DNA from: a virus
Taxonomy: Duplodnaviria; Caudoviricetes
Virus record (IMG/VR): IMGVR_UViG_3300042988_000595
Location: 1 to 61,046 of that record
DNA: 61,046 nucleotides
Strand: one strand, 5' to 3'
Below, piece by piece: positions 55,104 through 61,046 of the stretch (position 1 is its first letter; each line of letters starts with the position of its first letter). Position numbers and translations under genes: made by a program. A model generated the notes under the pieces. That model saw only the letters and a list, made by a program, of their open reading frames with translations. It made no database searches and had not been told where the DNA came from.

Positions 55104-56993
55104 TTAATCATCACTTTCGTCATCAAACTGTCCACCGCTCAGCAGTGCGCTACGTAGCTTGTTCGCTCGATCGACATACCAACTGACGTTGATTGGTGTG
55201 TTCGGCGGGTTGTCCAAGTCTTGGACCAGCACTGCGTTATCTGTCAGTGCCACACGTCCACCTTTTGGCGTGTAGATGTTCGATCCGGACTCGCCGATGT
55301 ACCAGCGTACAACGCGGCCGATGTTGTCGCCACCTAAAAACACGTCAAACGGCTTCGGTCGGCTGACCCGAGTCATCTTCTTGCCCGTGGATGGAGATAT
55401 CCACTTCCTGTCGCCGTTGGGCACCCAGTCGTCACACAGACCGAACTTGCAGTTGACCCTAGCCCCACCATTCACCGTGCGGACGGATAAGAATTTCTCA
55501 AAGTAGATCGGATTGTGTGACGCCTTCCAGATGTAGGTCTGCACATCAACGGCCTCGATCTCACCGGTTCTACCGACACCGAATGACGCCATCACGGCTT
55601 CGTAGATAATCTCGAACGCAGGCGACTTACGCACGGATGCCGGCTCAAAGATACCTTTGGTCTTAACCGGCTTCTTCTTGGAATCGATCAACATGAAGTA
55701 GTTATTGACGTCGCGTCGGGCTACAAACAGCGTCTCTTCTTCCTCCATCACCATCTTGGTACGCACCTCCCACGCCTTATAAATGGCACGGAATCCCTCG
55801 ATGGACGACCGAGGCATCAACGTTTCGATACCGTCAGTGTTCGCCGATAGAACTTTGATGTTCAAACCAGAGTTTGCGAAGTCAGATATGAGTTGGAGCA
55901 GTTGAATCTGACCGAGCAGTGTGATCGAGAGCATGGCCACAGGGTTGTAGATTGGGGAGTATTTGCTGCCGAACTTACCAAAGCTGCCGTTCAAAACAAT
56001 CTTCAGTGTGGCGTCTAGCTGTTTGTCGCCGGTCGCCTTGGCGTGCAGACGCATCGCCTTTGTACGTTTGTAAATATCAAGCTGATCCTGATCCAGCACG
56101 TGACTCAGCGACTCAACGATCATTGACGGGTAGTAGGACGCAACGTCGATACCAATGCTCACCATATCCTTGTTACCGCGCAGATCAACGACGGATGCAC
56201 CATCGACGGAGTGCAGACCACCCAACCCGATCTGGTACGTTACGCCATCGATGACGCGCACTGGAAATCCTGGGTCGATCGGGGAACCGTTTCCTGGGTG
56301 TATCTCGAACTTGTGGCCAAACACCTCCACTTGGCTGGGAACAGACACCCGCCCCTTCGGTCGATTAGGAACGAGTGCTCGCTCTGCCATCTGAGCATCG
56401 GATAGGTTCTTCTGATGCCACTCTCGTACGTCCAGCGCCTCCTTACGGTCATCGAACAGTTGACGGGTGATCACCAAGTCGTGCAAACAGTACTTAATCA
56501 CATTAACCTGCTGTTCAAGCGTCAGCTCGCTCGCATGATGGTATGGTAAGTCTTGAATCGATCGACAGCCGATGCGTGCAGCAAGAAGCTTCAAACTGGT
56601 GAACGGTGGGCATACGCCAACCAAGTCGATGTGTCTGACGAAATCAGGCAGACCGAGGCGCTCATGAAAACCATTGGACTCGTCAATGATCTGGTTTGCG
56701 AAACGCTTCACCTCGAGCAGGATGTCCAGACGTGTAGCCTCGTCCTTGATCGGGTTAACAAAGAATTTGTAAGCGTGCTGCATGACTGGGAAGTCGAAGC
56801 CCAGGCCGTTGTAGGTGACCAGTGTGCAGCGATTACCTTGGTTGTACTCTTTCCACAGGTGATCAAGTAAGTCTTGCGGTGTGAAGAATACCTGATGTGG
56901 ATTGTCGAGTGCGATAACGAAGAGGTTAGGATAAACCTCAATGTCCAGTACGCGTACCGTACCGTAGTCTAATTTGTCTTGCATGGGTGCCAT
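55104..56993 (-). CDS. DNA polymerase, family B-like, with 3'-5' exonuclease
   Basis: DIEVY, YNGLGFD, YCLHD, DVASYYPS, KIVLNGSFGK, ANTDG, DVNNY. Confidence 0.9.
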   Translation of the reverse strand: MAPMQDKLDYGTVRVLDIEVYPNLFVIALDNPHQVFFTPQDLLDHLWKEYNQGNRCTLVTYNGLGFDFPVMQHAYKFFVNPIKDEATRLDILLEVKRFANQIIDESNGFHERLGLPDFVRHIDLVGVCPPFTSLKLLAARIGCRSIQDLPYHHASELTLEQQVNVIKYCLHDLVITRQLFDDRKEALDVREWHQKNLSDAQMAERALVPNRPKGRVSVPSQVEVFGHKFEIHPGNGSPIDPGFPVRVIDGVTYQIGLGGLHSVDGASVVDLRGNKDMVSIGIDVASYYPSMIVESLSHVLDQDQLDIYKRTKAMRLHAKATGDKQLDATLKIVLNGSFGKFGSKYSPIYNPVAMLSITLLGQIQLLQLISDFANSGLNIKVLSANTDGIETLMPRSSIEGFRAIYKAWEVRTKMVMEEEETLFVARRDVNNYFMLIDSKKKPVKTKGIFEPASVRKSPAFEIIYEAVMASFGVGRTGEIEAVDVQTYIWKASHNPIYFEKFLSVRTVNGGARVNCKFGLCDDWVPNGDRKWISPSTGKKMTRVSRPKPFDVFLGGDNIGRVVRWYIGESGSNIYTPKGGRVALTDNAVLVQDLDNPPNTPINVSWYVDRANKLRSALLSGGQFDDESDD

Positions 56994-57052
56994 CCCTAGA
57001 ATTGGTCCTCCGGTCTTCTAACCTCCGGAGGTAGGTTTGCTGCAGTTGACGA

Positions 57053-57081
57053 ATTATGCCCTACTTATCTAACTTTGTCAA
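57053..57081 (-). promoter_or_regulatory. Promoter TTGACA-17-CATAAT for the polymerase operon
   Basis: Read on the minus strand. Leader has a cctccgg/ccggagg hairpin at 57007-57031. Confidence 0.7.
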
Positions 57082-57414
57082 TTTCCAAGTGAACTGAGGG
57101 CGACCGTTCAAAGACTCGCTGGCAACCTCACCAACAAACTCCACGATTGGGTTGACCTCGTCGGCCATCGTCTTGAGCGTCGTGCCCATCCCTGACGGGT
57201 TGTACCCAAGGTAGTGTGCAACCTGCTTTGACGTGAGCACTGGGCCGTACTTCTCGAACACTGCGGTATATCGAGCGTTACGCTTCGCACGCAAGGTCTG
57301 ACGTCGTAGGTCGATCGCCTCACTCTGCCGCTCGGACGGCTCCCAGCTGGAGCTACGGTGCTTCTTTCGCGTCTTTGCGTTGACTGCCGCATTGAGCATG
57401 CTTGCGAAGTTCAT
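57061..57414 (-). CDS. Winged-helix-like protein (MNFASML...)
   Basis: LTSKQVAHYLG HTH and terminal beta-hairpin FTWKL. Confidence 0.6.
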   Translation of the reverse strand: MNFASMLNAAVNAKTRKKHRSSSWEPSERQSEAIDLRRQTLRAKRNARYTAVFEKYGPVLTSKQVAHYLGYNPSGMGTTLKTMADEVNPIVEFVGEVASESLNGRPQFTWKLTKLDK

Positions 57415-57686
57415 AAGTGGCGCTCCGCACGCAGCGTACCCTGGACGATTTCATCAACCGTGTGATCTTCGAGCTCATAACCAACTTCAAATGTCGCAAA
57501 GTCGTCACTCTTGTGCTCAACGTACGGCAGTTCACATTTATCGCACCAATAACCATCTGGCCAATAATAAATTTTACGCATTGGGGTCTCCTTCTTGGGT
57601 CCGAAAATTACATCGTATTGATCTCTGTACGCCTGACTGTTGGCTTTGGATACCAACCTGTCTCCGGTGATGTCGTTTGTGCTCAT
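57411..57686 (-). CDS. Hypothetical protein, apparent fusion of two micro-genes
   Basis: Internal AAGGAG RBS and ATG at 57581. Confidence 0.65.
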   Translation of the reverse strand: MSTNDITGDRLVSKANSQAYRDQYDVIFGPKKETPMRKIYYWPDGYWCDKCELPYVEHKSDDFATFEVGYELEDHTVDEIVQGTLRAERHL

Positions 57687-57943
57687 TCTGCATACCTCCT
57701 GTCGATAAACACGGGTGTACCTTCCCCCATGTACGAACCCGCAACGTTGAACTCAAAATACTCTTCTGCTTCGTCACGATCCATATCCATACGCATCAGA
57801 ACCTCGATGCACACCTGACGATCGTACGCCACAACTGCTTGCATGCCAGCTGACTCGGCAATACCAAGAATCGCTTCGTCAAACATAGCCGGCTCGAGGA
57901 ACAACGTGTCGTCCTCGACGTAGCTCATAATTTTAGCTCTCAT
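57683..57943 (-). CDS. Conserved phage hypothetical protein
   Basis: FDEAILG...EAEEYFEFNVAGSYMGEGTPVF. Confidence 0.75.
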   Translation of the reverse strand: MRAKIMSYVEDDTLFLEPAMFDEAILGIAESAGMQAVVAYDRQVCIEVLMRMDMDRDEAEEYFEFNVAGSYMGEGTPVFIDRRYAE

Positions 57944-58290
57944 TTTGTCAACCACTCATAGATAAATGCAGGTTTACGGCGGGTGCCTGCCGTCTTACCA
58001 ACGATCCTGGCGTACCCGAATTTTACAAACTTGGCGCACATTGCTGACGCCTGAGATGAGTTGTAGTCAAACGCCATTCGAAGATCAATCGCTTGAAATT
58101 GCGCAAACGTAACCGCCTTCACTTTATTCGACAGTTCATCCCAAGTCTTCTGCCGGTGAGCATTGAGTTCTTCCGTTTCAACACGCGCTTTCTTAATTGC
58201 AACGGGTGCCACCCTGGCCTTCTCAACCTCAGCCGAATAATAGGCATTCAGTGTCTTAACCGGTGTTGCCAAATAGGCTGCGAGGTTCAT
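57940..58290 (-). CDS. Winged-helix-like protein (MNLAAYL...)
   Basis: Ends KFGYARIVG...IYEW. ATGA-coupled. Confidence 0.55.
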   Translation of the reverse strand: MNLAAYLATPVKTLNAYYSAEVEKARVAPVAIKKARVETEELNAHRQKTWDELSNKVKAVTFAQFQAIDLRMAFDYNSSQASAMCAKFVKFGYARIVGKTAGTRRKPAFIYEWLTK

Positions 58291-58547
58291 TCTTTCCATC
58301 TCCATAGTGCGGCTTTTCCTTTGGTCTCTACGCGCTCAACACGACCTTGCTTGAGCATCTCATACAACATGCTTGGGTACTTGATACCGATCGCCTTAAT
58401 TGCGTCTCGAGTGGACAGCGTACGGCCGGCGAAGGCAGTCTGATACCGAAGGTTGTTTTCATCAATCCGCTGTTGAGCATGTAGCTGATTGCCATTAAGT
58501 TTCTTAGGCGTAGAGTGTACCGCCTGAAGCATCTGAGCGAAGTTCAT
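58287..58547 (-). CDS. Winged-helix-like protein (MNFAQML...)
   Basis: LSTRDAIKAIG...MLKQGRVERV...LWRW. Confidence 0.6.
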   Translation of the reverse strand: MNFAQMLQAVHSTPKKLNGNQLHAQQRIDENNLRYQTAFAGRTLSTRDAIKAIGIKYPSMLYEMLKQGRVERVETKGKAALWRWKE

Positions 58548-58654
58548 TTGCGATCCCAAGGAAAAGTTAAAGTGGTTCGCCAAGCGCGAATCCATCGGTT
58601 ATAGCGGCGTTGTTGGCTTTTTGGATAAAGCCATCGGAGAATTGTTGGCGTCAT
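58544..58654 (-). CDS. 36 aa Arg/Trp-rich peptide (MTPTILRWLYPKSQQRRYNRWIRAWRTTLTFPWDRK), not in ORF track
   Basis: ATGA overlaps at both ends, fills the gap exactly. Confidence 0.55.
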   Translation of the reverse strand: MTPTILRWLYPKSQQRRYNRWIRAWRTTLTFPWDRK

Positions 58655-58860
58655 TTGCAAAACGCCTTTATCAATCGGTTAATCGAATCGTGCGCCTGAA
58701 TCAATTTCTCTTGTAAATCGTTGTTGCGCTTTACAACTTCAGCGTACTCGACGTTGTACGTCATTCGACCAGCAGCCATTCCTGCTTCGTAAGCCTCATA
58801 AACATCTGTAACTAACGCTCCGCATGCCATCTTTGCACCGATTTCATTGCCCATGTTCAT
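58651..58860 (-). CDS. Hypothetical protein
   Basis: AAGGAG RBS. Confidence 0.65.
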   Translation of the reverse strand: MNMGNEIGAKMACGALVTDVYEAYEAGMAAGRMTYNVEYAEVVKRNNDLQEKLIQAHDSINRLIKAFCK

Positions 58861-59092
58861 ACTCCTTCATTAGTTCTTTCGCTTGTGGGTGGCGCATCCA
58901 GTACAGGACAATCGTGTTCAGTTCAACGTCACACGGCCCGCAGATAGGGCGGTAGTTATTTCCATCGGCGCAGATTTGCCACTGATACTCAGCAGGATTT
59001 CCGCAGCGGATACAACGCAGACGACGGATGCCTTTCTGTGTGTAAGGTCTGGTGCGATGGACTGACCATTGGTTGAGTGTCTTTTGTTTCAT
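58844..59092 (-). CDS. Small Cys-rich (Zn-binding) protein
   Basis: CIRCG...CGPC. Confidence 0.65.
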   Translation of the reverse strand: MKQKTLNQWSVHRTRPYTQKGIRRLRCIRCGNPAEYQWQICADGNNYRPICGPCDVELNTIVLYWMRHPQAKELMKEYEHGQ

Positions 59093-59316
59093 TTCACCTC
59101 CGGTATTGCGTAGCAGGGGATCGTGTATGTAGATTTCTCAAGACCTGTATCTGGCTTATGAAGCACTCCACCATGCGGGTTCATCCACGCCACCGGATCA
59201 CCGATCTTCTGCATGATGGCCGCTTCGATTGCTCTGGCGAAGTCGTTAGCTATACCAGCTTGACCTGCTGGAAGTGATAGCCACATTGCAGAGATTTCAT
59301 CATCTGTCAGGATCAT
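59089..59316 (-). CDS. Hypothetical early protein
   Basis: LTDDEI...FARAIEAA...PVAW motifs common in small phage genes. Confidence 0.7.
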   Translation of the reverse strand: MILTDDEISAMWLSLPAGQAGIANDFARAIEAAIMQKIGDPVAWMNPHGGVLHKPDTGLEKSTYTIPCYAIPEVK

Positions 59317-59531
59317 TTCACCACCTCCACGCCATTAACATAGCCCTTGGCAACTTTGCCGTCGAAGGTGACGAACTGATGGTCCCAGCCACCCTCGTGT
59401 GTTTTGACCCATCGCTCTGCACTGATACCTCCTGCATCAGCATGAACTAATATGTCACGCGAAAGATAAACGCCTCTGCCGGTGAAGAGATTCTTGACAG
59501 CGGCCCACAGTATTTTGAATCTTGTGATCAA
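59313..59531 (-). CDS. Hypothetical protein with LamG-like terminal motif
   Basis: WDHQFVTFDGKVAKGYVNGVEV. Confidence 0.6.
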   Translation of the reverse strand: MITRFKILWAAVKNLFTGRGVYLSRDILVHADAGGISAERWVKTHEGGWDHQFVTFDGKVAKGYVNGVEVVK

Positions 59532-59833
59532 TTCCCCACCTCGTCAGCCATTTGTCTGAGTTCTGCTGCTGCGTGATTAAATCCATCTGTATAGGACATG
59601 CTATCTAAGTCACCATCCCAGTCTCTTTCAACTCTCGCGGCCCCATCCAGCAAGCCTTGGCGGTATGCGATTAGGTAAAGCCGTTTAGTTTCATCTGACA
59701 TCTCAGCCATGATTTCTTTGACAAGTTCTTCCTCAAGATCAAGGTCAATAACACCTTTGCGTCCTTCAAGGTTGAATACGATTTTTTCGGCGCACTCAAG
59801 CGCCGCTTCAATAATCTGGTCGTTGGTGATCAT
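59528..59833 (-). CDS. Hypothetical protein, paralog of 28281-28538
   Basis: QIIEAALEC, YRQGLLDGAA, LRQMADEV. Confidence 0.75.
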   Translation of the reverse strand: MITNDQIIEAALECAEKIVFNLEGRKGVIDLDLEEELVKEIMAEMSDETKRLYLIAYRQGLLDGAARVERDWDGDLDSMSYTDGFNHAAAELRQMADEVGN

Positions 59834-60087
59834 TTCTTCTCCTTCATGGCTGCGTCGATATAAACGCGACAATCATCTATGTCACCCACCCCACCAACGC
59901 TTAGAACGTGCTGCGTGAATCCGTTACTGTGCTTTGTCGTGTGCATCCAATTCATTGCCCACACCAATCTTTCAGCATCTTTGTTTGCTTCGGCTAGTTC
60001 AGCGCGTAGTTCTCCGATCCTCTTGAACATTGAATGGTTGCAGTTGCTACAGAACGGTGTTCGTATTTGTGGTGTGCAGAAACACAT
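59830..60087 (-). CDS. Hypothetical protein (MCFCTPQIRTPFCSNC...DAER...AMKEKK)
   Basis: AAGGAG RBS, coupled start. Confidence 0.7.
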   Translation of the reverse strand: MCFCTPQIRTPFCSNCNHSMFKRIGELRAELAEANKDAERLVWAMNWMHTTKHSNGFTQHVLSVGGVGDIDDCRVYIDAAMKEKK

Positions 60088-60108
60088 TATTTCTTCTCCT
60101 TCATGGCT
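59832..60108. repeat. 20 bp direct repeat atttcttctccttcatggct (59832-59851, 60089-60108)
   Basis: Identical copies at two consecutive gene junctions. Confidence 0.9.
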
Positions 60109-60527
60109 CGGATTGCCGCTGCAATATCTTCCCAATACATGTGATCACTAAAAGGCTTTCCTTCGTTGATGTGCTTGTGCTGTTTGACAACTTCAGACTC
60201 TGCAACCTTCGCAGCTTCCTCCAGCACCTCGCTGCGGTACACAATCAGATGATCGGTTGGTGCGGGGATGGAGAGGGCTGAATCAACAACTTCCGGTTCT
60301 GGCCCTGACCACAGACTTTCAAATGAATCGTATGGCTCAAACGAATCCAAAGCCTCCCGCATCGTCTTGATGGTGGCTTCGTGTGCTGCGAGTTGCTCAA
60401 GCACATAGTTACCTGCGCTAATCTTTCGCTCGACTTCAGCTTCCAACTGCTCGATGCGGTCAGCGGCTTCGTTAATCGTATCTCGATGCAGATACCCCTT
60501 GTTTCTCAACCGTTCAACTAAGTTCAT
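60087..60527 (-). CDS. Hypothetical early protein (Ead/Ea22-style)
   Basis: LVERLR...EAADRIEQLE...VLEEAAKVAE...IAAAIRAMKE. Confidence 0.7.
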   Translation of the reverse strand: MNLVERLRNKGYLHRDTINEAADRIEQLEAEVERKISAGNYVLEQLAAHEATIKTMREALDSFEPYDSFESLWSGPEPEVVDSALSIPAPTDHLIVYRSEVLEEAAKVAESEVVKQHKHINEGKPFSDHMYWEDIAAAIRAMKEKK

Positions 60528-60640
60528 TTCGCTCTCCTTGGTGCTTTACCCTTCTTGTAACCATGAGCATCAAGTTCGTGACGAGTTCGCTGACCATTCT
60601 TATCAAACTCTTTTCCACATACTCTGCATCGGATAATCAT
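60524..60640 (-). CDS. 38 aa C2H2 zinc-finger micro-protein, not in ORF track
   Basis: MIIRCRVCGKEFDKNGQRTRHELDAHGYKKGKAPRRAK. ATGA overlaps at both ends. Confidence 0.7.
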   Translation of the reverse strand: MIIRCRVCGKEFDKNGQRTRHELDAHGYKKGKAPRRAK

Positions 60641-61046
60641 TTCTTCCACTCCTCGTAACAACGCATGGCTTTAAATGCCCACTGAGGTATATAGCCCTGC
60701 TGTTCTTTGTTTCGTTTATTCCATGTACTCAAAGCATCTGCCAAAGTCTCAATCAGCGCGGCTTGCTCATTTCTTTGCTCGATGTAATCTGTGCAAATAC
60801 CACGCTCAAATTCAAGTTGAGACTTCTGCTCCGCAATAACGGACTTGGCTTGCGCCAGTTCGCGTTCAAGGTTCTCGATGCGCTGCTTGTTGAATACGTC
60901 ACCAACGTGAGCGCCGTGTTCTGATGGGCTGAACTCCTTCTTGGCGAGCACTTCACGGATCGGGTCACGAACGTGGTACGGCATGATGTAACGCCTTGCC
61001 TGATCCCAAATCAGCGCATGCTCAAGCGCATGCTCAAGCGCACTCT
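60637..61046 (-). CDS. Hypothetical coiled-coil protein, probably 5'-truncated by window edge
   Basis: Frame stays open upstream of 60984 to the window end (SALEHALEHALIWDQARRYIM...). Confidence 0.6.
   Translation of the reverse strand, partial: SALEHALEHALIWDQARRYIMPYHVRDPIREVLAKKEFSPSEHGAHVGDVFNKQRIENLERELAQAKSVIAEQKSQLEFERGICTDYIEQRNEQAALIETLADALSTWNKRNKEQQGYIPQWAFKAMRCYEEWKK
61013..61042. repeat. 12 bp tandem repeat agcgcatgctca x2.5
   Basis: In-frame ALEH duplication on the minus strand. Confidence 0.8.

Larger units (their letters stand above)
1..61046. mobile_element. Tailed dsDNA phage genome (near complete), podovirus-like
   Basis: Terminase, portal, major capsid, endolysin and replication genes in two oppositely oriented arms. 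No tape measure, sheath or host housekeeping genes recognised. Confidence 0.95.

Noticed and set aside
1-61046. Stop-codon reassignment or lysogeny module
   Set aside because: Core genes are intact in the standard code and use all three stops. No integrase or att-like context was recognised.

Overview
The window looks like most or all of a ~61 kb tailed dsDNA phage genome, probably podovirus-like with a likely proteobacterial host (inference). No integrase, RNA polymerase, tRNA, CRISPR array or reverse transcriptase was recognised. The + strand arm (4448-44974) encodes terminase, two variable genes, portal, a lysis cassette, an unusual appendage-like module, GroES, scaffold, major capsid, fibres, adaptor/nozzle and ejection-type proteins, with three free-standing homing-type endonucleases. 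The - strand arm (44952-61046 and 1-3820) encodes primase-helicase, an SSB/annealing protein, SNF2 helicase, nucleases, dCTP deaminase, a family-B-like DNA polymerase and many small early genes. Top observations: (1) a shared peptide tag [FYM]-[AR]-x-G-G-[LA]-[VI] occurs five times in four otherwise unrelated late proteins, at domain boundaries or C-termini, suggesting a cargo-tagging or processing system for virion-delivered effectors; (2) a domain-sharing appendage module lies between the lysis and head genes; (3) a palindrome TT[TG]ACA-N5-TGT[AC]AA occurs at seven or more sites, several overlapping -35 boxes; (4) two intergenic three-way-junction RNA-like elements; (5) a signal-peptide HNH protein in the lysis cassette; (6) several micro-ORFs missed by the ORF track, including a classical C2H2 zinc finger. 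All family names come from motif recognition by eye, not from database searches.
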